A DNA stretch of 64,000 bases from Alkalispirochaeta sp. (GTDB taxonomy: Bacteria; Spirochaetota; Spirochaetia; DSM-27196; Alkalispirochaetaceae): NCBI GenBank assembly GCA_965242725.1, contig CBDESZ010000016.1, positions 64,001 through 128,000 of the forward strand. Reading direction: 5' to 3'. The notes beneath the pieces are model-generated. The model was given only the letters and a program-made list of their open reading frames with translations, had not been told where the DNA came from and did not search any database. The translations under genes were made by a program, and so were the position numbers. Of this stretch, positions 36,605-45,779 are shown piece by piece (within the stretch, counting starts at the first letter, position 1; every line of letters starts with the position of its first letter).

Positions 36605-37639
36605 ATGGAACGTGTAAAGGTCGGTATTAACGGAATGGGTCGGATCGGACGCAACCTCTACCGGGCAATTATGACGGAGTACGCGGATACACTGCAGGTG
36701 GTCGCCGTCAACGACCTCTTCGACACCGAGACGATTGCGAGGACACTTCGCCGGGACTCGGTGTATGGACGTTTTCCCGTGGATGTGCGGGCACTGGGTG
36801 ATGACTCCATCCAGGTCGGTGAGGAGACGGTGCGCGTGTTCCGTGCAGCCAGGCCGGCGGAGATCAACTGGAACGAGACGGGTGCGGAGGTTGTCTTTGA
36901 GTGTACAGGCATCAACCTGACGTCGGAGGCCACCAGGGACCATCTCGGCGGCAGCGTGGACCGGGTGGTTCTGAGCGCGCCACCCAAGGACGGCACACCG
37001 ATGTTTGTCATCGGCGTCAACGACCACGAACTTTCGGGCCGGGAGGAGATCGTCTCCAACGCGAGCTGCACCACCAACTGCCTCGCCCCGCTGGTGAAAG
37101 CTGTTGATGACGCTTTCGGCATCGTCGGAGGATTGATGACGACGACCCACGCGGTCACGAGCGGGCAGAAAACGGTGGACTCCGCCGGAAACGAGCGGGC
37201 GCGGTCGGCCCTGAACAACATTATCCCCACATCCACCGGCGCCGCCCGGGCGATCGGGAAGGTCATAAAGCACCTGGAGGGGAAACTGAACGGATCATCC
37301 CTGCGCGTACCGGTGACCACCGGATCGGTGGTGGAAGCGGTCTTCACCGTGCCGGGACGACGGACCACGGAAGACGTCATCGCGGCACTCCGGGCCGGTG
37401 CGGCGGCCATGAACCTCCGCAGCCCCATCGGACGCGTCCTTTATGTGGGAGACGACTATCAGGTGAGCGCCGACGCCATCGGATCAACCTGGAGTTCCAT
37501 GGTTCCCGGTAACGGCATCATGGCTGTCCCCGCGGGGGGTGAAACGATGATAAAAATCACCTCCTTCTACGACAACGAGCTGGGATACGCCCATCGTCTT
37601 GCCGAGTTGGGAATCCTCGTCGCCGGACAACGGGGGTAG
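36605..37639 (+). CDS. gap: Type I glyceraldehyde-3-phosphate dehydrogenase, divergent
   Basis: GINGMGRIGR, SNASCTTNCLAP, NIIPTSTGAA, RVPVTTGS, FYDNELGY. Confidence 0.9.
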   Translation: MERVKVGINGMGRIGRNLYRAIMTEYADTLQVVAVNDLFDTETIARTLRRDSVYGRFPVDVRALGDDSIQVGEETVRVFRAARPAEINWNETGAEVVFECTGINLTSEATRDHLGGSVDRVVLSAPPKDGTPMFVIGVNDHELSGREEIVSNASCTTNCLAPLVKAVDDAFGIVGGLMTTTHAVTSGQKTVDSAGNERARSALNNIIPTSTGAARAIGKVIKHLEGKLNGSSLRVPVTTGSVVEAVFTVPGRRTTEDVIAALRAGAAAMNLRSPIGRVLYVGDDYQVSADAIGSTWSSMVPGNGIMAVPAGGETMIKITSFYDNELGYAHRLAELGILVAGQRG

Positions 37640-37694
37640 TCCGGGCCTGCTGTCCACGACCGTGCGGGTGAGACGGAACGGCGTCCGGCGCGAC

Positions 37695-38492
37695 TTACCT
37701 GCGGGAGGAAAGGGTGCGTTTTATCGACACATTGAGGATGGAGCCCTCGTCGTCCCTGCGCACGAGAGTACTGAGGCTTGTATTCAATTCCTTCAGGAGG
37801 ACGTCACATCCCGCGAAGAGCGCCCGTTGCCCGTCGATATTGCCCGATGTCGATGGATAGTCGTAGGACATCGTCGACGTCTGGGTGACACGATAGCCTC
37901 CCGCGGTGTAGCCGTAGGTGCCGAAGAGGGACAGAATGAAGGGCCCGATATCGCCGGTAAACTGCACGCCGCCGTAGACGGTGCCGGTGGTCGTCGTCGT
38001 TTGCACGGTCGTATCGTCGTCGATCCACGTTGTCGTCATGGGAACCCATTGCGGTATGGTGACCGTCATGGACATGAGGCCGATATCTCCGCCGGCTCCG
38101 CCAAAGAGATACGCGTCGAGACGGCGCGTGTCCGCCGCTTCCACAACGGCGGTACATCTCAGGGGGAGCTGGACGCCGACAAGATCCATGCGGTCACCGA
38201 CAAGTATCGCGCCGCCTGCGGTCGCGCTCAATAAGAGGCGGTCGAGGGGGCTCTCCTGCATCGTGCCATAGACACCGAGGCCGCCGATACGGAATGCGGT
38301 GTTTCCGATCTCCCGTTCAAGGAACAGTCCCTGGAGTCCCGCCGTTACGATCTGCTCGCCCCGGACGATCCGGGGATACCCGACGGGCGGCGGCGCAACG
38401 TCAAATACGGCGACCGTCTCATCGGGGTACGCCAATACACTAAAGACCACGCCGAACACACCGAGCCAGAAGAAGCGAAAAAGACGTGCCAC
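37695..38492 (-). CDS. Exported beta-rich hypothetical protein (possible outer-membrane barrel)
   Basis: Probable GTG start at 38492 after GGAGG. Signal peptide, then alternating Gly/aromatic strands. Confidence 0.5.
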   Translation of the reverse strand: MARLFRFFWLGVFGVVFSVLAYPDETVAVFDVAPPPVGYPRIVRGEQIVTAGLQGLFLEREIGNTAFRIGGLGVYGTMQESPLDRLLLSATAGGAILVGDRMDLVGVQLPLRCTAVVEAADTRRLDAYLFGGAGGDIGLMSMTVTIPQWVPMTTTWIDDDTTVQTTTTTGTVYGGVQFTGDIGPFILSLFGTYGYTAGGYRVTQTSTMSYDYPSTSGNIDGQRALFAGCDVLLKELNTSLSTLVRRDDEGSILNVSIKRTLSSRR

Positions 38493-38598
38493 CCCACACC
38501 TCCCCTTCCCGGATTCGTCCAATCCACGGGAAGAACAGATAATCTGTCGGACGATATCGGAAGTATAGTCCACCCGACGGGGGAAAGGTATGGGGCGG

Positions 38599-38886
38599 TC
38601 AGATAAATTCTACGGAATATCCGGGAAAGCGCTCCTTGAAGGATTCGATCAAATCCCTGCGGATTCCCATGATGATCGTCATGGCGATGCCTGTGCACGC
38701 CATGCACCCGGGTACATGGCGGTCAAAGGGCACATCCAGGTAGATGACGCGATGCTCGTCGCTCACGCGGACGCGCTGCACCAGACCGAGATCACAGATC
38801 GGCAGCCCGCTCTCGGGATCCCGCACTTCCCGCAATATGGTGTCGATCTTATCCTGCACCACCGGGTCCGCTTTTTGGTTGGCCAT
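38599..38886 (-). CDS. DUF59 / Fe-S cluster assembly-type protein
   Basis: LREVRDPESGLPICDLGLV, plus CMAC. Confidence 0.75.
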   Translation of the reverse strand: MANQKADPVVQDKIDTILREVRDPESGLPICDLGLVQRVRVSDEHRVIYLDVPFDRHVPGCMACTGIAMTIIMGIRRDLIESFKERFPGYSVEFI

Positions 38887-38889
38887 ACC

Positions 38890-39618
38890 TTAAATATACC
38901 CCGGATTTCCCTCCTGTGCGGGGGCAGTTTTTGCGTTCCACTGTTCAATACGCACTCCCCGCACAAGGAGCCAGACCGGAAAGGCAAGCTCGGCCACGGC
39001 GATTGGTAACGCGACAATGCCGGGAGTCGTTTCGTATCCGGGGACAAACAGGAGCGAGGTGCTGTCGATCAAATATCCAGCCGAAGCGATAAGAAACAGG
39101 ACGCCGAGGATTCGGGGAAAATACCCGGACACCAGTATCAGATACCCCAGGAGGACGGCGTGCAGCGAGAGAAAGACGACACCGATCGTGAACCCCACGG
39201 CGTGTCCTTCCAGGAAGAGGGCCACCAGCTGATACCGTTGCTCCGGCTGGAAGGCGGCCATAAATCCGGAATCACCGGCAACGATCAATGCAAAAAAGTA
39301 GTTCAGGAGATTCAGTCCGTGAATGGTCGTCATCGCCAGACGGGCAACCGACGCGATCAGGGCGGGAACCCTGCCCACCGGCCTGAGCAGGACGTACAGC
39401 AGGACCGACAAAATGACTTCACTCAACAACACAATGAACTCGCTGCCGATCCCGATATGGAGAAGAGAGGGGTTGTCCACGAGATTGCGGGTGGTCGCCG
39501 CGGGATCTCCGTCGATGATCAGCTCACCGGGAACGTAGAAATGCGCCACAATTGCCGCAGCGGTGATCACCAGATACAGTACCCCGGCAAGTCGCGCCGT
39601 TCGATACACGTTCGTCAT
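38890..39618 (-). CDS. DUF4386-family membrane protein
   Basis: ARLAGVLYL...LYVLLRPV...SGYFPRILG...ELAFPVWLLVRG. Confidence 0.8.
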   Translation of the reverse strand: MTNVYRTARLAGVLYLVITAAAIVAHFYVPGELIIDGDPAATTRNLVDNPSLLHIGIGSEFIVLLSEVILSVLLYVLLRPVGRVPALIASVARLAMTTIHGLNLLNYFFALIVAGDSGFMAAFQPEQRYQLVALFLEGHAVGFTIGVVFLSLHAVLLGYLILVSGYFPRILGVLFLIASAGYLIDSTSLLFVPGYETTPGIVALPIAVAELAFPVWLLVRGVRIEQWNAKTAPAQEGNPGYI

Positions 39619-39693
39619 CGGTAACTCCTTATTTTTCGCGATTGATAACAATGGTCACCCAAGAGTACGCAATCGGCGGTAAGAAGACAAATA

Positions 39694-40050
39694 TTATAAG
39701 GTATGTACGACGGTTTGCAGCCATTCCCGCAGCACCAGCGCGTGATTCCGTTCCCGGTCGCGGGCGGCGTAGAGGAGCGTGACCGTACCGGATACGGCTG
39801 CATCCGTGAGCCGCTCCAGCTCACCCCGACGCCCCTCCAGTTCCGTCCGATATCGCGCGACAAACTCCTCCCAGCGGTCGGGATGTGAATGGATCCAGCG
39901 GCGCAGCTCGTCGCTCGGCGCGGCAATCCTGGCCCACCAGTCCATGGAAAGATTCTCTTTGCGGACACCCCGGGGCCACAGTCTGTCCACCAGTACCCTG
40001 AAGCCGTCGTCGGGCGCAACGTCGTCGTATACTCGCTTGCAATGAATCAT
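39694..40050 (-). CDS. DUF488 (YeaO-like) protein
   Basis: KRVYD...DGFRVLVDRLWPRGVRKE...APSDELRRW...TLLYAARD...HALVL. Confidence 0.9.
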   Translation of the reverse strand: MIHCKRVYDDVAPDDGFRVLVDRLWPRGVRKENLSMDWWARIAAPSDELRRWIHSHPDRWEEFVARYRTELEGRRGELERLTDAAVSGTVTLLYAARDRERNHALVLREWLQTVVHTL

Positions 40051-40112
40051 ACGTTCCCTCCGAAACCATCCATTTTCAGGTATTTTACGTATATTTGTCA
40101 TGGGAGGAACCA

Positions 40113-40526
40113 ATGGCGGAACTCAAGACACAACCGACCGACGGGGACGTAACGGCTTTTCTCAATTCCATAGAAGACCCTCAGAAACGGGAGGACGCCT
40201 TCGCGATTCTTGAAATGATGCGGGACGTCACCGCTGCGGAGCCGAAGATGTGGGGCGAGAGCATCGTCGGTTTCGGTGACTACCACTACAAATACGCCAG
40301 CGGCAGGGAAGGAGACTGGTTTCAGGTCGGTTTCTCACCGCGGAAACAGAGCATGACGCTGTATCTGACCTACGGAATCGAGGAGAAGACGGAGCTGATG
40401 AAGGATCTCGGAACGTACAAAACCGGCAAGGCGTGCCTCTATGTGAAACGGCTGTCCGACGTCAATCGGGATACGCTGAAGGAGCTTGTCCGGAGTTCCG
40501 TCGCGGAGTATCAGAAGGGAAAATGA
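40113..40526 (+). CDS. DUF1801 protein
   Basis: PKMWGESIVGFGDYHYKYASGREGDW..VGFSPRK...KTGKACLYVKRL. Confidence 0.88.
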   Translation: MAELKTQPTDGDVTAFLNSIEDPQKREDAFAILEMMRDVTAAEPKMWGESIVGFGDYHYKYASGREGDWFQVGFSPRKQSMTLYLTYGIEEKTELMKDLGTYKTGKACLYVKRLSDVNRDTLKELVRSSVAEYQKGK

Positions 40527-40603
40527 CCGACCGACCCGCCCCGGATTGACAACGCTCCACAGGGCACCTTGCTTTTCATCAAGAGGGCTTTTACGATTTC
40601 CTC

Positions 40604-41935
40604 ATGCGCAGGGGAATGGTCCTGATATGTCTGCTTCTGTTCCCGGCTTCAACATGGACACAGAATGTCGATGTATACGGTCTCTACGGGTTCGATTCGG
40701 CGGTCATGGCGAATCGCTGGAATCCGCTGACCCTCTACATCAGCAACCTCCCTGCCCTTCCTGAACTAGCCGTTACCGTATCGGCAACGATCGACCCCGT
40801 CGCCCGCCCCGACCGGACCGTCTACTCCGTCGTCAATACCGTCTATCCGTCGTCGGACGGTACCGCAACGGTTCGAACGATCGTCCCGGTAGGACGTTTT
40901 CCCCTGCCGGTGGAGGTTTCGGCTCTGGATTCCCGATGGACCGTCAACCCTGCACAGTGGAACGCACCGGAGCGCCTGGTGGTGGCCATCACCGATCCGG
41001 ACACGCCGTTTTCGCCCTTTCCCGGTGCAGACGGGAACGAGACGGCGCGCCCCGTCATGGAAACACTCCCGGACCATCCCCTCGGGTATGACGCCGCCGA
41101 CGCACTCATCGTGTGGGCGACTCATTTTGAGCGGGCGACGGCCGCCCAGATACGCGCTCTGACCCACGCCGTTGAATGGGAGACCACCGTTCCCGTTCCC
41201 ATCGTCGGCGCTCGCAGAAACGATACCGACGCCATCGGCAATATTCTTCTCTCCCAGCCGGTCTACCGGTTCCCGTCTCGGTGGATACTGCTGGTCGTTC
41301 TCGGCACCTATCTGGGTGCGCTGGCGGTACTCGGCAGGTCCGGTTCGGTCCTCACCTTTACGGCTATGCCCCTGGGACTGTCCCTCCTCTTCCTCGTGGT
41401 CTATGCGGTGGTGGACCCGCCGCCGGCGGAGGTACATGTTGAGGTGCAGCGTGTCGAAGGCGTGGCCGGTGAATCGGGGGCCCTCCTCGTGCGGGACGTG
41501 CTTGCCATGTCGATACACGGAAACAGCCGTGAAGTCGCGATACCTCCGGAGTCGGTCCTGTTGCCCCGTCCAGGCGAACAGGTAACCGTGACCGGCGACA
41601 GGTACATCCCGACTGCCGGCCGCTGGAGCAGCGATCACTTTTCAACTGCGGAGATCATTCCCAACCCGTACGGATCGACCCCGGAACGGAGAGGCGGTAT
41701 CACCGTGCGAATCGACCCCGCGGGCATCCACTATCTCAACGCCGCCGACGAGGGAAAGGACGCCGCGGCAGACCGTATTTTCAGATACTTCCTTGGAGAA
41801 TACGGGAATGAAGGCGCCGGCGCAGTGGAGGTGGTCGTCTCCGACGGGGTGGTAGATCCGCTGGCAACGACACCGCCCGCCGATCGCGTCGGTGTTCGAT
41901 CGGTGTCGGTATTTCACCTGGAGACGGAAGGATGA
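40604..41935 (+). CDS. Exported/membrane hypothetical protein of the MoxR-vWA cluster
   Basis: Signal peptide, RWNPLTLYISN, LPDHPLGYDAAD, two central TM segments. Coupled to the next gene. Confidence 0.65.
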   Translation: MRRGMVLICLLLFPASTWTQNVDVYGLYGFDSAVMANRWNPLTLYISNLPALPELAVTVSATIDPVARPDRTVYSVVNTVYPSSDGTATVRTIVPVGRFPLPVEVSALDSRWTVNPAQWNAPERLVVAITDPDTPFSPFPGADGNETARPVMETLPDHPLGYDAADALIVWATHFERATAAQIRALTHAVEWETTVPVPIVGARRNDTDAIGNILLSQPVYRFPSRWILLVVLGTYLGALAVLGRSGSVLTFTAMPLGLSLLFLVVYAVVDPPPAEVHVEVQRVEGVAGESGALLVRDVLAMSIHGNSREVAIPPESVLLPRPGEQVTVTGDRYIPTAGRWSSDHFSTAEIIPNPYGSTPERRGGITVRIDPAGIHYLNAADEGKDAAADRIFRYFLGEYGNEGAGAVEVVVSDGVVDPLATTPPADRVGVRSVSVFHLETEG

Positions 41936-42507
41936 GGAAAAAAGCTGCGGGAGGTATGGTCTTCTTCTCCTCGGTGACGATGTTCATCACCCTCCTCATC
42001 TGGCCGACGGAGAGCTATGCCCAGCTCGTGCGGTACGGCACAATTCCGTCCCTCTTTACCACCCTGCCCTACCTGCTGAGCTTTGCCACGCTGATATCGG
42101 CGTTTTACACCGGTCTCTATCGCACACCCCGGTCAATCTTTTTACAGGCCCTCCCCGCCGCCTCGGTGGGACTGCCTGTATTGACCATGGGTGCAATCAT
42201 CTCCCACCTGCCCCCCTCTTCCGGTTTGGCGGTTGTACTGTATCTCTACGCCCTCGCCCTCGTAGCCTTTGACCTTGGCGCCATGTGGTCCCGCCTGAAA
42301 GCCGTTCCGACGCTCCTGCGGATCGGTGTGTGGGGTGCGGCGATTCTCCTCCTCGTTGGCTTCCTCCGTTATGCGCCCGCCTTCCTTCCGGCCCGTGTCA
42401 TGACCGCCGTGCTGGAAGGGGGAACATCTATCCGTCTCTTTGTGACGATAGCCGCATCGGTTCCCTTCACCTTTGTGACCATGGGGGTTCTCCGTGTTTC
42501 CAGATAG
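41932..42507 (+). CDS. Multi-pass membrane protein
   Basis: About 6 hydrophobic segments; ATGA overlap with the previous gene. Confidence 0.6.
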   Translation: MRKKAAGGMVFFSSVTMFITLLIWPTESYAQLVRYGTIPSLFTTLPYLLSFATLISAFYTGLYRTPRSIFLQALPAASVGLPVLTMGAIISHLPPSSGLAVVLYLYALALVAFDLGAMWSRLKAVPTLLRIGVWGAAILLLVGFLRYAPAFLPARVMTAVLEGGTSIRLFVTIAASVPFTFVTMGVLRVSR

Positions 42508-43909
42508 GATCGGGCGGAAACTGCGCCGGAGAAAAACCCTCATCCTGGCGATTTCCCGGATGGAAAGGCAGCTCTTCTACTTTCTCCTTCTGCTTTCCAT
42601 TCCATTGACCTTTCGATTCCATCCGAGAACGCCCACACTGATTACCCTCTGCATTCTCCTGCTCGGAGGAGCCGTTGCGGCGTTCCTGCGCAGTGCGCGG
42701 GAAACGCGGCGGATGAATCCCCTCGCCGATGCGGACCGCCTCTTTCGCGCCAACTCTCTCCTCACCACCGCGTGGGACGTGCGGGAGAGCGACGAGCGGC
42801 GCTATTCAGAATTGTCACGGCAGATCGTCCTGAACCGCGCCGCTCCCCTCCTGGGACGAATCAGGACGGAGCGGATATATCCCTACGAGCCCTCCCGTCA
42901 CCTTCGCCTCATGCCGCTGGCGCTCCTCTTTCTTGGCGGCGTGTGGCTCGCCACCATCGCCTTCGACACAAGCGGGCCCGCATGGAGCGGCTATTCGGAC
43001 GATGATCTTTCGCGCTACCGGAATCCGGCGCCGGAAAACCTGCCCGAGGAGGACCGGAGCGGGGCGGCCCTTGCAGATGAACTGACGCAACTTTCTGAGG
43101 CTCTCGAACGGCGACCCTCAGAGAAGGATCTAATGCGCGATCAGGGACTTGTCCTCCCCGATGATTCCATACGCAACCGCCGACTCGGTGCGACGGACCT
43201 TCTCAACCAGGACTCCGGAAGACCACTCGCCGAGGGAAATACCGCACCAGACGCGTCACTTCGGGAGACCCGGGAAGATGAAACACAACCGCTATCCGGA
43301 CTCGACTCCGGTGGAGTACCGACCGATCCTCCGACCGGCGACGGGGAAGACATGGGAACGCCCCGTTCCGACGGAACCGACCAGACACCCGGAGAAGAGA
43401 CTACCTCCCGGGATGGTCCGTCCGACGACGGTGCCCCCGGGGGCGGCACTGAGCGCACCTCGCCCGATGAGGACGCCACGGACGAGAACGGGACTCGTCG
43501 CTCCTCGGATACCGAGGAATCGGAAAAGGCGGCGACGAACGGTGAGGCCGGGGAGGAGAGCGATCAGGAGAGCGACAGTGAGAATGAGCCGGGCCTCGGA
43601 GAACCGGGAACCGACGCGATGCCTGACCTTCCCGATACCGGACCTCCCCGACCCCGGACGATGAATGACGCGATCCGGCAGGTCCTGGAACTGCCCCGGA
43701 TCGACGCGGACGGAGAGGTAACGGAGCTGCTCGCCTTGGAAACTGCCGGTGAGTCCAATGGTGCCGACCCGCAGTCAGGCACGCTCAATCCGGAGTTTGA
43801 ACGGCGATTACAGATGACCCTGAACCGCTCCGCGATCCCCCGGGAATTGCAGGAGTACGTGCGTAACTATTTTATCATTATCGCCCGACGGCAGGAGGAG
43901 GAGGAATGA
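42494..43909 (+). CDS. Membrane protein with long acidic low-complexity tail (DUF4175-like architecture)
   Basis: Three TM segments, ADRLFRANSLLTTAW, D/E/G-rich region, C-terminal IPRELQEYVRNYF. Confidence 0.7.
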   Translation: MFPDRIGRKLRRRKTLILAISRMERQLFYFLLLLSIPLTFRFHPRTPTLITLCILLLGGAVAAFLRSARETRRMNPLADADRLFRANSLLTTAWDVRESDERRYSELSRQIVLNRAAPLLGRIRTERIYPYEPSRHLRLMPLALLFLGGVWLATIAFDTSGPAWSGYSDDDLSRYRNPAPENLPEEDRSGAALADELTQLSEALERRPSEKDLMRDQGLVLPDDSIRNRRLGATDLLNQDSGRPLAEGNTAPDASLRETREDETQPLSGLDSGGVPTDPPTGDGEDMGTPRSDGTDQTPGEETTSRDGPSDDGAPGGGTERTSPDEDATDENGTRRSSDTEESEKAATNGEAGEESDQESDSENEPGLGEPGTDAMPDLPDTGPPRPRTMNDAIRQVLELPRIDADGEVTELLALETAGESNGADPQSGTLNPEFERRLQMTLNRSAIPRELQEYVRNYFIIIARRQEEEE

Positions 43910-44913
43910 ACGAAAAAGTCCCGGCAGAACAATTGCTCGCGGAGCGGGGTCGCACCTATGCCTCCCGGATTCGTACCGCCCAGGCGCAGGTCCGTCGTGT
44001 CATGGTGGAGCAGGACGAACTCGTGGAGGATGTCTTTGCATGTCTTCTCACCGGCGGTCACGCCCTGCTGGAAGGCGTACCCGGCCTGGGAAAGACGCTC
44101 CTCATCAGAAGCATCGCACGGGTCGTGGACCTGAAGAACAGTCGCATTCAGTTTACCCCCGACCTCATGCCCGCCGACATCATCGGCACCGATACACTGG
44201 TACAGGACGAGCGGGGCGGTCAGGATATACGGTTCCGCCCGGGGCCCGTCTTCACCAACGTTCTTCTCGCCGACGAAATCAATCGGGCGACACCAAAGAC
44301 TCAATCGGCACTGCTGGAGGCGATGGAGGAGCGTTCGGTCACCACCGGCGGAAAGACGCACCGCCTCGAAGAACCGTTCATCGTCCTGGCTACACAGAAT
44401 CCCATCGAACTTGAAGGGACCTATCCCCTCCCGGAAGCGCAGCTTGACCGATTTTTCTTCAAATTGCACGTCCCCTTCCCGACGAGAAAAGGGATGCTCC
44501 AAATCCTTGCACGCACGACCGGCACCGCCGTCGAAACACCTGAAGGCGTCCTGTCCGGTGCCGATATCATTGAAATGAGGTCCTTTGTCAGGGGCATCAT
44601 TGCGGGAGAGACGCTTCTCAATTATGCGACAAGCCTCGTACTGGCGACGCACCCCGACGATCCCTCCGCCCCGGAGCAGGTCCGGGCGTATTTGCGCTAC
44701 GGGGCGAGCCCCCGGGCGGCACAGGCACTCATTCTGGCGGGCAAGGTCTACGCGTTTCTGGAAGGACGTTTTCACGTCTCGGCTGAAGATATCAAACGCG
44801 CCGCCCTGCCGGCGCTGAGGCACCGCATCGTTCCAGGCTTCCGCGCCGAGGCGGAAGGCATATCCGCAGATGCCGTCATCGAAGAAATTCTCAGAAAGGT
44901 ATCCCCTCCGTGA
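43906..44913 (+). CDS. moxR: MoxR-family AAA+ ATPase
   Basis: EGVPGLGKT, RIQFTPDLMPAD, LADEINRATPKTQSALLEAM, ATQNPIELEGTYPLPEAQLDRF, GASPR. Confidence 0.95.
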   Translation: MNEKVPAEQLLAERGRTYASRIRTAQAQVRRVMVEQDELVEDVFACLLTGGHALLEGVPGLGKTLLIRSIARVVDLKNSRIQFTPDLMPADIIGTDTLVQDERGGQDIRFRPGPVFTNVLLADEINRATPKTQSALLEAMEERSVTTGGKTHRLEEPFIVLATQNPIELEGTYPLPEAQLDRFFFKLHVPFPTRKGMLQILARTTGTAVETPEGVLSGADIIEMRSFVRGIIAGETLLNYATSLVLATHPDDPSAPEQVRAYLRYGASPRAAQALILAGKVYAFLEGRFHVSAEDIKRAALPALRHRIVPGFRAEAEGISADAVIEEILRKVSPP

Positions 44914-45779
44914 TCGACCGCACGCTCTTCAACGACGAGTTTTTTCATGCCCTCGGCGGTCTCTCTCTTCCCCGGCGCCTCCGCGGCGGCAGCGACGGAG
45001 GTATGCATGAAACCAACCGACTGGGCGAGAGTCTCGAGTTTGCGGAATTGCGCCCCTATCAGAGCGGCGACGACCTGCGACAGGTGGACTGGAACGCCTA
45101 TCGTCGATTCCAGCGGCTCCTCGTCCGCCGGTATCAGGCTGAACGCAGCCACGACGTCTATGTATTGATCGATGCGAGCGCGTCCATGGCGGTGCCGGCG
45201 CAACGATTCGACAGGAGCAGACAGATCGCCGGCGCCGTCGCGGTGCTTGCGTCTCGGCGACAGGATCGGGTCACCCTCATGAGTTTTTCGCACGTGGTGA
45301 ACAACCTTTTCATGCAGTCCCGTCGCGACCGGGGTGCACTGAAACTGCTGGAGCACCTGTCGGCAATGAAAACGGGAGGGGAAACCGATATCGCCGGATG
45401 TCTCACAACCGCGACGGATCACATCAGGAGAAATTCGCTGCTCGTTGTCATATCGGACTTTTTTTCCGTTCCGGAGGATATGGAGGCGGTCCTGGCCGTG
45501 CTTGAACGCCTCTCGGTACAGATGCTCTTTATTCGCGTCACGACGAGGGAAGAACGCAATCCCGACTTTCGCGGCGACGTTCTCCTTGAAGACAGTGAAA
45601 CGGGGCACATGCTTGAGACCCGCGGAAAGGAGCGCGCCCTCGCCCTCTATCGGAAGAACTTCCAGGCACATACTGACCTTCTCTCGCTCCATGCCGCATC
45701 CCATGGCGGACGGCTGGCCGACGTCGCCGCGGAGGATTCCCTCGGAACCATCATGAAGGAGGTTATCCATCCTGCATGA
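44910..45779 (+). CDS. DUF58 domain protein (vWA-like C-terminus)
   Basis: EFAELRPYQSGDDLRQVDWNAYRR, IDASASM, VVISDF. Confidence 0.92.
   Translation: MIDRTLFNDEFFHALGGLSLPRRLRGGSDGGMHETNRLGESLEFAELRPYQSGDDLRQVDWNAYRRFQRLLVRRYQAERSHDVYVLIDASASMAVPAQRFDRSRQIAGAVAVLASRRQDRVTLMSFSHVVNNLFMQSRRDRGALKLLEHLSAMKTGGETDIAGCLTTATDHIRRNSLLVVISDFFSVPEDMEAVLAVLERLSVQMLFIRVTTREERNPDFRGDVLLEDSETGHMLETRGKERALALYRKNFQAHTDLLSLHAASHGGRLADVAAEDSLGTIMKEVIHPA

Noticed and set aside
36605..37639. gap as part of a GAPDH-ArsJ arsenate-resistance module
   Set aside because: No arsJ or other ars gene is adjacent.
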